DNA of 44,821 nucleotides from Candidatus Aminicenantes bacterium (GCA_017610325.1 JAFCCF010000010.1:1-44821); one strand, 5' to 3'. Positions 6,746-16,520 are shown, numbered from the stretch's first letter. Program-made: numbers and translations. Notes: generated by a model from the letters alone, not told the origin.

Positions 6746-9616
6746 GTGAAAAATAAAGAAAGGCACCTGTATTACATAGCATTATTTGTATCGCTTTTGG
6801 TAGTTTTTACACCATTGTCAAGTTTCTATGTGTATGCGACTACAACCACAGCATCAACATCTTCTTCGACAAGCTCAACAACCACAAGCACTACAACAAC
6901 TACAACATCAACAACTACTACTACTACTACAACCACAACAGCCTCAACTACAACTACTTCAACCACCACCACAACCCTTGATACAGAACCACCCTCAATT
7001 GGAACAATCCTCAAGATAACAAAGAATGGGGAAGATGTACAGTATATTGGCCCAAATAGCATCAGTGGTGTTGAAATCACTGTTGAGATTACAGAGCCAA
7101 CAAACCCAACTGTGTACTTTGACCTGTCTGCTGTTGGCGGCTCATCAAGTGTTCCTGCCAGAGTTTGTACAAAGTCAGGCACTGTTTGGAAATGCTCGCT
7201 GTTAGATGTTACATTAATGTCACCTACAGGCCAGATTTCAATTGATGTTTCAGCTTCTGATACAGCTGGCAACACTGCAACTAGCACTGTTACCAAAACC
7301 ATCCAGCTTGACAACCTTGGTCCAGATGTCACGTTTATAGGGACTGATAAGCTAGAGAACAGCATCAGCTATGCAAAGACAGCAAAGAACACCCTGGTAG
7401 TCAGGTTATCTGAGACTGGAGCAGGTATTAATGACAATAACATCTTCCTTGACCTTACACAATTTAATGGCATGTACAGTGTTCAGGCAGACAACTGTAC
7501 ACAGGGAGCAGTGTGGGCATGCTATTGGTATAATGTAAATGCATATGGAAGAAATTCAGGAGACAGGCTGAAGATAATTGTCCTGCCAACATCTACAGAT
7601 GATGTTGGAAACCCAGCTTCTGGCTTAAGTGAGGCAGAGATTGTGCTTGATAAGGAACCTCCAAGGCTCCTTAACATAACAATAACCTCAGTTGGCAGCC
7701 TGGGTGAAACAGAATACCACCAGTCAGGAGACCTGCTGAAGATTGAGGCAAATATATCAGACAATGAGTCAAGTGTTACAGCAGTTGCGGATTTATCAAA
7801 CTTGTTTATGTCAGGGCATGATGCAGAGTATGCAACCTGCACTGCATATGGCTCAAACAGTTATACATGCCAGTGGACAACTGATGCAATAAAAACAGGC
7901 TATTACAAGACCATCATTAACTTTAATCTCAGTGACTTTGTTGGCAATGAACTCCTCACAACAGAGAGTATTGAGGTGTTTGAGACAAGTGAAGAAATAC
8001 CCAACAACTTTGTTCTTATTGTTGACGAAGATGAGATGCTGCCTGAGAATGGAGTTAGCAGGCTGACCATGAGCCTGATTGGCAATTATCTCATATCAGT
8101 TCCATTCTATGTCAGCGGCTCAAATGAGGTACTTAGATTAACAGTTGATGAGTGCAAGATTGAGAATGATACTGGTCTTTATACAACATATTTCCAAAAC
8201 CAGCTGAATCCAGACCTGGCAAGACCTGCAACACAGTCAGGCAGGTGGAACAGGGTAGAGTTTTACTTTGGTTATAACGGCGCAAGGTTTTCCTCACCGC
8301 AGATTAATGGCTTGGATGATTTCCGTGTTACATGCAACTTGAATATTTATCAGAAACAGGGTAATGTGGTTTATCCAATTCCTGAGATTGAAAAGTTTGA
8401 GTTTGAGATTGACTTGCGGGATTCTGCTTTAGGCGGACCTCCTGGAGAGGTTGTAGCTGACAAAATACAGCAGACAAAGGATAACTGGCTTACAGAGAGC
8501 AAATGGATAACTGATATTTACAAGTTCCTTGACTGGGCAGAGTTTATCTGCAGGACAGGCAAGAGCCTGGTGATGATGTGGCAGCAGTTCCTTGTGCTTG
8601 AGAATGTTGGCTATGCATTGATGAAAAGCCCTAACACCGCAATGCAGGCAATTGGTAAACCAATTTTCCAGGCGGGGTGTCATGCTTATGAAGGTCTTGG
8701 TGGGATATTCTGGACTGTGTGGTTTGGAGCTGACAAGAGGGCGAAGGGTGCTTCTAAGAGATGCAGTGTTGTATCTGCAGATAACTACATCAAACCACAG
8801 CCTTTGCCTTCCCAGCCAACAACAATTGCAGAGGCACTTAAAAAACCTGAAGGAAAATTTAACATGAGATGGATTTGCGGCTGGGCAACATGTGAATATG
8901 GGTTGCTAGAGCTTAGCGAGTACACTGGCGGTAATGTGATTAATAACATCCTAAGCGGTGTTGATGTTGGTGAGGAAGAGGACCTGAATCAATTCCTAAG
9001 ACAACGCCTGCACATACACCTTGATGATTCATTTAATGCCCGCAATAGCATATTGTTCAGTGCTGCAAGCATGTGCCTGCCAGGTGTGTTCTATAACCTG
9101 AACAAGTACAGGCAGATTAATTGTAAATATATCTCGTGCTTAGAAAATGTCACAACTGCAGGCGGTGACTTTAGTGTGTGTGATGAAGCAAAGAGCCAGG
9201 CATGGTGCCTTAGCTTTTGGGGCGAGGTGTTTGAGGTAATTGGCCCAGCGCGAGTGTTAGGTGTGCTGAGCCAACAGATTAGAGGCATATTTGTAAACTT
9301 TATTCCAGTCACATTAGATAATATATTCAAGAGTGCTGTGTGCGAGAAAACAGACCAAAAGAACTGGGCATATATTTGGTTCTGTGATGTACCTAGTGTC
9401 ATATATTCAGCAATTGACACCTATGGCAGGGCAGCTGGAATTGGGGCTGTGTTTTCAATAGATAAGATGTTCAGCAAGCCAGATGTTGAGGATGTGTGCG
9501 CACAGGTGTTTCCTAAGAACGAGACAAGTGGGGATGATTCAAGCACACCAACCACAACAAATAAGGGCGGTTCATCAACAATAACATTTGGCCCAGATAC
9601 AACAACCACAACATGA
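6746..9616 (+). CDS. 956-aa secreted surface protein with a signal peptide, a 46-aa Ser/Thr stalk, three Ig-like repeats, a Cys-rich C-terminal domain and a Thr tail.
   Basis: A GTG start is preceded by AGGTG 5 nt upstream and TTTAAATATA at 6691-6700. The signal peptide ends in VYA. Repeats run from [EG]PP... to D[TD]AGN/DDVGN/DFVGN. The segment SAASMCLPGVFYNLNKYRQINCKYISC aligns with SASCVCLPAFEGYLKHYKNIADATKQC of the 1873-aa protein. Confidence 0.8.
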   Translation: MKNKERHLYYIALFVSLLVVFTPLSSFYVYATTTTASTSSSTSSTTTSTTTTTTSTTTTTTTTTTASTTTTSTTTTTLDTEPPSIGTILKITKNGEDVQYIGPNSISGVEITVEITEPTNPTVYFDLSAVGGSSSVPARVCTKSGTVWKCSLLDVTLMSPTGQISIDVSASDTAGNTATSTVTKTIQLDNLGPDVTFIGTDKLENSISYAKTAKNTLVVRLSETGAGINDNNIFLDLTQFNGMYSVQADNCTQGAVWACYWYNVNAYGRNSGDRLKIIVLPTSTDDVGNPASGLSEAEIVLDKEPPRLLNITITSVGSLGETEYHQSGDLLKIEANISDNESSVTAVADLSNLFMSGHDAEYATCTAYGSNSYTCQWTTDAIKTGYYKTIINFNLSDFVGNELLTTESIEVFETSEEIPNNFVLIVDEDEMLPENGVSRLTMSLIGNYLISVPFYVSGSNEVLRLTVDECKIENDTGLYTTYFQNQLNPDLARPATQSGRWNRVEFYFGYNGARFSSPQINGLDDFRVTCNLNIYQKQGNVVYPIPEIEKFEFEIDLRDSALGGPPGEVVADKIQQTKDNWLTESKWITDIYKFLDWAEFICRTGKSLVMMWQQFLVLENVGYALMKSPNTAMQAIGKPIFQAGCHAYEGLGGIFWTVWFGADKRAKGASKRCSVVSADNYIKPQPLPSQPTTIAEALKKPEGKFNMRWICGWATCEYGLLELSEYTGGNVINNILSGVDVGEEEDLNQFLRQRLHIHLDDSFNARNSILFSAASMCLPGVFYNLNKYRQINCKYISCLENVTTAGGDFSVCDEAKSQAWCLSFWGEVFEVIGPARVLGVLSQQIRGIFVNFIPVTLDNIFKSAVCEKTDQKNWAYIWFCDVPSVIYSAIDTYGRAAGIGAVFSIDKMFSKPDVEDVCAQVFPKNETSGDDSSTPTTTNKGGSSTITFGPDTTTTT
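6839..6976 (+). repeat. Low-complexity ACN/TCN codon tract encoding a 46-residue Ser/Thr stalk.
   Basis: Read directly: TTTTASTSSSTSSTTTSTTTTTTSTTTTTTTTTTASTTTTSTTTTT, immediately after the predicted signal-peptide cleavage site. Confidence 0.9.
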
Positions 9617-10269
9617 AAATGGCAGGAGAAAATTACTATAATCAGCCAAATTATTATGGCGGAAGGTATGAGGCGCCAGTTGAGCCACCGCACCCACACA
9701 AAAAGTTCAAGCTGATACTTATCATAATCATCTTGCTTATACTTATAACTGCAGTTGTGCTGTATTTCCTTACCTCACCTGAAGACCCAGGCAGCAGGCC
9801 GCGCACAACCACAACAACAGCTGCAAGCACAGTCACAACAACCATGCAGGATATTGTATCAGACGGGCTTGAGATAAGGAACATGCTCTTTGCAGAAAGC
9901 ATCTTTGATGATTACCAGTATGTCACAAGGCAGAGCAACAAGTTTAGGAGAGGAGAGAGTGTCATAATCTTTTTTGAGGTTGCTGGTACAAGCAATAAGA
10001 TGAATATTTACGGCACATATGATGTTAATCTCAGGGAAAGGGTTGAGCTGAGGGACCCGAACGGCCAGAGAATACCTGAGCTAACATACCTGATAGATGA
10101 CAGTGTGCTGCACACATCAAAATCAAAGAACTATATCAAACCATTTGAGTATTTTTTCAACCTGCTGCAGAGCGACCCGCTGGGAACATATATGCAGACA
10201 ATCATAATCGAGGACAAGAACACAGGCAAAATCGCATCAAAGTCAATCACATTCGAGGTAGTTGAATGA
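9613..10269 (+). CDS. Single-pass (type II-like) membrane protein, 218 aa, with a poly-Thr stalk and an extracellular beta-rich domain.
   Basis: ATGA overlap with the upstream gene. The TM helix is KLILIIIILLILITAVVLYFL, followed by RPRTTTTTAASTVTTT. Confidence 0.7.
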   Translation: MKMAGENYYNQPNYYGGRYEAPVEPPHPHKKFKLILIIIILLILITAVVLYFLTSPEDPGSRPRTTTTTAASTVTTTMQDIVSDGLEIRNMLFAESIFDDYQYVTRQSNKFRRGESVIIFFEVAGTSNKMNIYGTYDVNLRERVELRDPNGQRIPELTYLIDDSVLHTSKSKNYIKPFEYFFNLLQSDPLGTYMQTIIIEDKNTGKIASKSITFEVVE

Positions 10270-12362
10270 GAAAAGTAATTTATTGCACTATGTTACTTAT
10301 TATCCTTATATTTGTCCCTATTGTGGCTGCAGAAAAAGCCACTGTTGTGGTGGAGATACAAGACTGTAATAAAATCGGTTTTGATACTAAAATAAAGATT
10401 AGACCTAGAAACGCTTATACAGCAAGTACTGGCTCCTGCACAATAGAAAAATCCAAAGAATCTACATGTACTTGTTATATTGATACCATTGATAAAGGTG
10501 TGGATTATGTAGTTCGCGCATATGTGGATAGTATCTACGTGGACGCGCGTCCTTTTAAAGCGTTTGGAGCAAGTAAAGTTACGTTTCAAGCAGGTGGGTG
10601 GAAGATTGTAGAATGTACCAAAGGTCAAAAAAAGTGCGAAAACGGTTTGCTATGCAAGTGTATAGAAGAGGGTAACCGCATTAAATGGGATTGTAATGCA
10701 TGTGAGGATTATAAAATCTGCCTATCTGGTCAAAATAAATGCAAAAGGCCAGATTGTGATGGGGGGGAGAGCGGAACAACAAAATGTATGGATGGCTTAG
10801 AATGTGCCTGTCTTGGTCCGTTGAACTATTTGTTTTTTGGCCTAATTCCAATACCTGTTCCTAGAGATTATGACTGGTACTGTAAACCTTGCGACTCAAC
10901 AAAAGAATGCAATACAGCTTCTGGAAGATGTGAGATAATCCAAACCCCTGTTGCAGCTGAACAAACATCTGCAACAGAAAAAGAACAATCACCACAACCA
11001 ACAGCAACCTGCAAACCAATTAAGTATGAGGGCGAAAAGAATAAAAAATGCACCCAGAAATGCACCTGCGAAGATGCCCTGTCTGGCAAGCAGTGTGAGG
11101 AAGCTATTCAGAAGATTTTATCAGGTTACAAAATCGTGCAAGTAAATATAGAATCTGCCACAGCAGAGAAAGATAATGTAGAAGCAAAGGACTGCCAGGT
11201 TGATGAGGAAACCAAGGCAGAGCAAGAAGCAAAAGAAGAGGCAAAGCCATTTGTTGATATGATCGTTGATGAGAAATGCAAGAAGCCAGAAGGCCCAACT
11301 AACCCTAGAGACCTGTACAAACTTGTGGGTGAGGCAGAAGCATACTGTGATGTGTATATTGTAATAGGACCCTTTACTTCAGCTACGTATCAAATAATTG
11401 CAGTATGCAAAGAGCAGGTCAGGGAAAAATGTTCCAAAAAGCTGGGTGTTGACTTGGAAATTAAACTTCTCACATGCGACGAAACATGCGATGCACCAAA
11501 GTGCCACTGCCCATCTGAATGCCCGGTGGTTGAAGATAGTGGGGCAAAAGGTACAGTAAGATGGGACCAGGCTCAGTCATGGCATATTACTCAAGGCTGG
11601 AACTGCAGGTATGAGCAAAGAACTGATAAAGCTGGCCAGGACTGCAGCGGTAATTTTCGCGATGGAATCTGTCCAAGATTCTGTTTCTTCTTTAATGATA
11701 TTGACTGTCGCAGCGAGAAGACAGCAGGATACTTCCTCGGAGATATGATTAACAAGTTCATCCAAAAGCAACAGTGGTACATGGACTTCATGCAGTGGGT
11801 TGAGGGCTGGTCAAAGTGGATTGATCCGCAGCAGTGGGCAAAGAGCTGGTGCAACCCAGCTAACCGGGAAGGAGACCTCCTTATCAGCCCAGCAGTTTAC
11901 ACAGATGATGGAGAACCGCTTGCATGGTATGGCGGCGAAATCCAGATATATAATTACACAAGCACAGACACAGTAAGCAGGTATATCTACCTCATAACTT
12001 GGGGCATAGCAAGCCTGGATGTTGATGTGGAATACAAAATCTCACTAATGAAATCCATTGACAGCAGTGCAGTAAAGGCATTTCCAGGAAGAAAAGACTG
12101 GTTTGAACTGGATGCAGGAGAGTCTCACCAGGGCAAGGACACTGCAAAGACATTTTTCCTTAAAGATGTTTACCAATATGTGTGCCTTGAGTTTAATGAG
12201 AGTGTTGAAGGCTCAGCAAGGCACTGCAGAGAGTTTGCAGCAGCAGGAGAGTACAGAGCAACAGGAGACCCTGCAGTTCCTGAAGGCGCAGCTTCAATCG
12301 GGGGCTCAACAGACCCTGCAAATGATAATACAATAAACTGTGAACTAACCAATACATGCTAA
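10266..12362 (+). CDS. 698-aa secreted Cys-rich protein (EGF-like Cys spacing) with a C-terminal W-C...YIYxITW domain.
   Basis: ATGA overlap with the upstream gene. The signal peptide is MRKVIYCTMLLIILIFVPIVAA. Cys residues are numerous. The C-terminal domain is shared with the first CDS and probably with the 1873-aa protein. Confidence 0.75.
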   Translation: MRKVIYCTMLLIILIFVPIVAAEKATVVVEIQDCNKIGFDTKIKIRPRNAYTASTGSCTIEKSKESTCTCYIDTIDKGVDYVVRAYVDSIYVDARPFKAFGASKVTFQAGGWKIVECTKGQKKCENGLLCKCIEEGNRIKWDCNACEDYKICLSGQNKCKRPDCDGGESGTTKCMDGLECACLGPLNYLFFGLIPIPVPRDYDWYCKPCDSTKECNTASGRCEIIQTPVAAEQTSATEKEQSPQPTATCKPIKYEGEKNKKCTQKCTCEDALSGKQCEEAIQKILSGYKIVQVNIESATAEKDNVEAKDCQVDEETKAEQEAKEEAKPFVDMIVDEKCKKPEGPTNPRDLYKLVGEAEAYCDVYIVIGPFTSATYQIIAVCKEQVREKCSKKLGVDLEIKLLTCDETCDAPKCHCPSECPVVEDSGAKGTVRWDQAQSWHITQGWNCRYEQRTDKAGQDCSGNFRDGICPRFCFFFNDIDCRSEKTAGYFLGDMINKFIQKQQWYMDFMQWVEGWSKWIDPQQWAKSWCNPANREGDLLISPAVYTDDGEPLAWYGGEIQIYNYTSTDTVSRYIYLITWGIASLDVDVEYKISLMKSIDSSAVKAFPGRKDWFELDAGESHQGKDTAKTFFLKDVYQYVCLEFNESVEGSARHCREFAAAGEYRATGDPAVPEGAASIGGSTDPANDNTINCELTNTC

Positions 12363-12384
12363 CAAAACAAAAAAAGAGGTGAAG

Positions 12385-14640
12385 ATGAGAAGCAGAAAAA
12401 GCCAAGTAACCTTATATATAATAATAGGTATTTTGCTTGTCATATTCATAACCCTCTTAATATTCTTAGTAAGGGAGAAGAAGCTGCCGAGCCAGCCACC
12501 AGAGATTATCACATTATCTGATAATCTCAATACAGTCAACAACTTTGTTAGGGAGTGTGTCAGACACACCACAATACAGGGCCTTAACCTGCTTGGAAAA
12601 AATGGTGGCTACATAAACCCGTCAAATCTTAATGCAGAATTCTCGCCAGTAGCATATGAATCAGATGTGCTGATATACCAGCCAGATTTCATACCATACT
12701 GGCATTACATAGACAAATCCAATAGCTTCAACAGCTTCAGGCCAAGGCTTTACAAGCAGTCAGAGGGAGATAACAGTATCCAGGAACAACTTAATAATTA
12801 TGTTGAGCATAATCTGAAAGCATGCACAGCTGGGTTTGAAGCATTCCCTGACTTTGACATATCTGAAGGTGATATAAAAGTAGATTCTGAGATAAGAAGC
12901 CAGGAAATTGTTGTGAATGTTATTTATCCGCTTAGGGTTGTTTCAAAATCAAATCAGAGCGCAACAGAGCTCAAGTCATTCAGCAAGTCAGTGGATGTTA
13001 ACCTGATGCAGATTTATGAGTTTGCAACAGAGATAACAAATGCAGAGAAAAAATACACTTTCTTTGAAACAGTCACTATGAATCTCATAAGCGTGTATGC
13101 TGCAATTGACAGTGAGTCACTGCCGCCAACTTCAAGCCTGCTGCTTGGCAGGGACAAGACAATTTGGGTCAGGTCAGAGATTGAGCAAACCATAAAATAT
13201 GATGTGCTTGACTTTATCAGATTAATCCAGCTGCAGAATGCCCTGAACTATAACCCCTTGATAATCAGCCCAGCAGAGCCAGACTATGAACTTAAGCAGG
13301 GCCTGTACAACTCATTCAATTTCCAGCTTGACAGCCACAAGCAGTATAACCTCACTGTCGAATTTATGTACCCGCAGTCACCAATATTCCTCAGCATAGA
13401 TGACAGTGAAATTATCATGCCCGATGACAGGATACCATCAAATTTCTTTACTGACATGATTGGCCTGCAGATTCAGGATTATACATTTGAGTATGACCTT
13501 GCATATCCAATTATTGTTAAGATAAAAGATCCAAAAGCATTTAATTACCAGAGCTATGAGTTCCAGTTTGCGCTTGAAGCAAACATCAGGGACAACACTC
13601 CAATAAACAGCAGCATGGTGCTTACAGCACCTGTAAGACCTCCAAGAAAGATAGATATCAATGAACCTGGGCAGTTAGTGCTTGAACCTCTGATTGTGAC
13701 TGCCAAGGACAAGGTAACTGGCCAGCTATTGAGTGATGTTGATATATATTATAAGTGCGGGCAAAAGGCGTATATTGGCAGGACAGAAAGCGATGGAACA
13801 ATCTTCACTTCTTTTCCATACTGCTTGCTTGGAGGAAAAATAATATACTTAAAGCAGGGCTATCTTGGCTCTGCAATAAGCTACAATAATAATGAACAAT
13901 CAACTCCAAAAGAATTAACAGTTGAGCTCTGGCCAAAGCAGGGCATTGACTTTGAAATCAAGAAAAGGACGCAGCAGAACATTGACAGCCTGGACGTGAG
14001 CAAGACCGGACCACTGCCGCCAGCAGAGAGAAGGCAGCTGGAACTTGAGCAGGCAACCATCATCCCTGCACATCAAAAAATTATCATGACAATCACCCGA
14101 GTAAAGGAAGATGATAATGAAGATACTGTTCCAGTTCCAAGTTTTATCATCCTGCATCCAAATGCAAAGTCTGCAGATGAGATAGAATCAATGAGGCAGG
14201 TTATTGAGGACCAGTACAACATTGGCCAGATTACTGCTGAGCAGAGAAGCGAGGCACTGCAGGCACTGAATGAGTTAGAGAATGTTGAGTTTGGGGATAT
14301 TGATGAGCAGAACACAATTGAGCTTGTGCCAGGAGATTATATCATTGAAAGCTATCTCATGGATTACAGCAGCATAACAATACCCGAGAAGACTGAAACA
14401 GTGGGCACCTGGCCATTTCAAAAAGGAGTCATATACCCTGAGCAGAAGTTTGCAGTGTGGCAAGCTGGCGGCTCAAACCATAATATGACAATAACTGCAA
14501 ACCAGCTATATTCAGCAGACCAGGTAACACTGTATGTGTTTGACCTCGGGCTTCCGAGCACATGGGATGAGCTTGTAAACCTTAAGTCAGTTGATGATTA
14601 CAGTGAATATAATTATCTGTTAGAACCATCATTCACATGA
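12385..14640 (+). CDS. About 751-aa surface protein with a class III (prepilin-like) signal peptide. Paralog 2 of 3.
   Basis: The ATG at 12385 follows a GAGGTG site; the ORF track's GTG at 12379 lies inside that site. The N-terminus is MRSRKSQVTLYIIIGILLV. Family blocks are FVRECVRHTTIQGLNLLGKNGGY, IPYWHYI, LNNYVEHNLKACTAGF and FQFALEANIRDN. A CarboxypepD_reg-like segment reads AKDKVTGQLLSDVDIYYKCGQKAYIGRTESDGT. Confidence 0.8.
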   Translation: MRSRKSQVTLYIIIGILLVIFITLLIFLVREKKLPSQPPEIITLSDNLNTVNNFVRECVRHTTIQGLNLLGKNGGYINPSNLNAEFSPVAYESDVLIYQPDFIPYWHYIDKSNSFNSFRPRLYKQSEGDNSIQEQLNNYVEHNLKACTAGFEAFPDFDISEGDIKVDSEIRSQEIVVNVIYPLRVVSKSNQSATELKSFSKSVDVNLMQIYEFATEITNAEKKYTFFETVTMNLISVYAAIDSESLPPTSSLLLGRDKTIWVRSEIEQTIKYDVLDFIRLIQLQNALNYNPLIISPAEPDYELKQGLYNSFNFQLDSHKQYNLTVEFMYPQSPIFLSIDDSEIIMPDDRIPSNFFTDMIGLQIQDYTFEYDLAYPIIVKIKDPKAFNYQSYEFQFALEANIRDNTPINSSMVLTAPVRPPRKIDINEPGQLVLEPLIVTAKDKVTGQLLSDVDIYYKCGQKAYIGRTESDGTIFTSFPYCLLGGKIIYLKQGYLGSAISYNNNEQSTPKELTVELWPKQGIDFEIKKRTQQNIDSLDVSKTGPLPPAERRQLELEQATIIPAHQKIIMTITRVKEDDNEDTVPVPSFIILHPNAKSADEIESMRQVIEDQYNIGQITAEQRSEALQALNELENVEFGDIDEQNTIELVPGDYIIESYLMDYSSITIPEKTETVGTWPFQKGVIYPEQKFAVWQAGGSNHNMTITANQLYSADQVTLYVFDLGLPSTWDELVNLKSVDDYSEYNYLLEPSFT

Positions 14641-16520
14641 AAAGAAAAGCACAGATATCAAACTTTGTAATGATTGGCATCATACTAGTGCTAGCTACTG
14701 GCTTGTTCCTGTTCCTTAAGTACAAGGTATTGCTGTCTGGGCCGCAGGAAATAGTGCCGCCAGAATATGAACCTATAAAGGACTTTGTTGAGTTATGCAT
14801 GAAAGAGCAGGCAAAAGAGGCAATCATAATGCTTGGCCAGCAGGGTGGCTTTGTTGAGCTGCCAAATAGGATTGGGAACAATCCATTTGCCTATATTGAG
14901 TTTATTAAAGGTGGTCTGTTCAGGGTGCCGTTGTGGTATTACATGGGCGAGTCACGAATACCTTCCCCTGGTACAATAGAAAACCAGATTGAGATATACA
15001 TACAACAGAACCTTGAAACCTGCCTGCAGAATTTTACCAATTTCCAGAATGATTTCATAATAACAAACACAACATTAGATGTCAAGGCAGCATTAGCTGA
15101 CAAGGATGTCATGGTAAGTGCCTTTTTTCCATTAACTGTAACAAGCAGAACTGACAACCAGGTCGGAAAAATCACATTGTTCAGTACAAAGCTTGATGTA
15201 AAACTGAGAAAGCTGTATGAGCTTGCAGAAGCTATTATGGAAGAGGAAAATAGGGGCATGTTCATAGAAAACACAACCATTGACCTTATGGTACTTGAGC
15301 CAAATATTCCTACCACTGACCTGCTCTTAAAATGCGGAAGACTAACCTGGTACAAGAGCGATGTTATTGATGAACTAAAAGAATCCCTTTTCTATAACCT
15401 GCCAAGGATAAGGATAGCTAACACAGACTATGAACCATTCAGAGACGAGGAACAGTATGGCAAAAGTAAATTTGTTTGGGATGTCACAAAAAAGAAGTAT
15501 CCTGATGTAAGTGTTGGCCTGAGATATGAGCAGGAATGGCCCTTAACAATGAGAGTAAGACCAAGTGACGGCAATGTCATGAAGTCCAACTATGGCAAGG
15601 GCATGAGCGCTTACCTGCATTTCCTGTGCATCAACCTGTTCCACTTTACTTATGATGTTACATACCCTGTTGAAGTTACATTAAGAGAGCCAACTTCCTT
15701 CGGTGGTGAAGGCTATACCTTCAGGTTTGGCTTCCCAGTATACATCGACCATAATGAAGGCATGAGGGATGACTTTGCACGCACTGACTTTGGCATACCT
15801 GATATAGGGGGCGATTTCTGCGAGGAAACAACAGAACGAACCTTTTTTGTCAGGGCAGTTGACAGTAGGACTAGCCTGGACCTTAAGGATGTTAATATTT
15901 CCCTGGAATGTATCAGGCACTTGTGTAACCTTGGCAAGACAAGCTATGATGGCCTGTATTACAGGCTGCAGACACCCCTGCTTAAAGTGTGCCCAATTGG
16001 AATGATTACTGCAGAACATCCCGATTATCTCCCCGCAGAGCAGATTGCTGATTATAGGACTGCTGACCAGGAGATTGTGCTCCAGATGAGGCCGCTCAAG
16101 GAGTTTGAGTACACTGTTGTCAAGCATTACTCATCTGATCCAAGGTGGCCAATCGGGCTTGGCAAGAATCAATATGCTGTGATTGCAATAGAGGATGCTG
16201 AAAATGACTTTGCTGTGTTTGACAACTATCCCAAGCACTATGCAATATTTGAAAAGAACATGACACTTATCAAGGATACAGAAGATTACAAACTGGAAAT
16301 AATGCTTATGGAGGATGACAAATATATTGGAGGCTACAAAGGCATCTGGAATACCTCATATGAGGAGCTGGCAGATAACACACACCTCACCTTCCATGTA
16401 ATTGAATATTCCCCTCAGCCAACTACAGACGAGGAGACTGGGGCAATGATTGCATACCTGGAAGACCAAGCAAGCTATCCAGAAAGCACAAGACCTAGCT
16501 TTAGCATAGGATTTGAATGA
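14637..16520 (+). CDS. 627-aa surface protein with a class III (prepilin-like) signal peptide. Paralog 3 of 3.
   Basis: ATGA overlap with the upstream gene. The N-terminus is MKRKAQISNFVMIGIILVLATGLFLF. Family blocks are FVELCMKEQAKEAIIMLGQQGGF, VPLWYYM, IEIYIQQNLETCLQNF and FRFGFPVYIDHNE. Confidence 0.8.
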   Translation: MKRKAQISNFVMIGIILVLATGLFLFLKYKVLLSGPQEIVPPEYEPIKDFVELCMKEQAKEAIIMLGQQGGFVELPNRIGNNPFAYIEFIKGGLFRVPLWYYMGESRIPSPGTIENQIEIYIQQNLETCLQNFTNFQNDFIITNTTLDVKAALADKDVMVSAFFPLTVTSRTDNQVGKITLFSTKLDVKLRKLYELAEAIMEEENRGMFIENTTIDLMVLEPNIPTTDLLLKCGRLTWYKSDVIDELKESLFYNLPRIRIANTDYEPFRDEEQYGKSKFVWDVTKKKYPDVSVGLRYEQEWPLTMRVRPSDGNVMKSNYGKGMSAYLHFLCINLFHFTYDVTYPVEVTLREPTSFGGEGYTFRFGFPVYIDHNEGMRDDFARTDFGIPDIGGDFCEETTERTFFVRAVDSRTSLDLKDVNISLECIRHLCNLGKTSYDGLYYRLQTPLLKVCPIGMITAEHPDYLPAEQIADYRTADQEIVLQMRPLKEFEYTVVKHYSSDPRWPIGLGKNQYAVIAIEDAENDFAVFDNYPKHYAIFEKNMTLIKDTEDYKLEIMLMEDDKYIGGYKGIWNTSYEELADNTHLTFHVIEYSPQPTTDEETGAMIAYLEDQASYPESTRPSFSIGFE

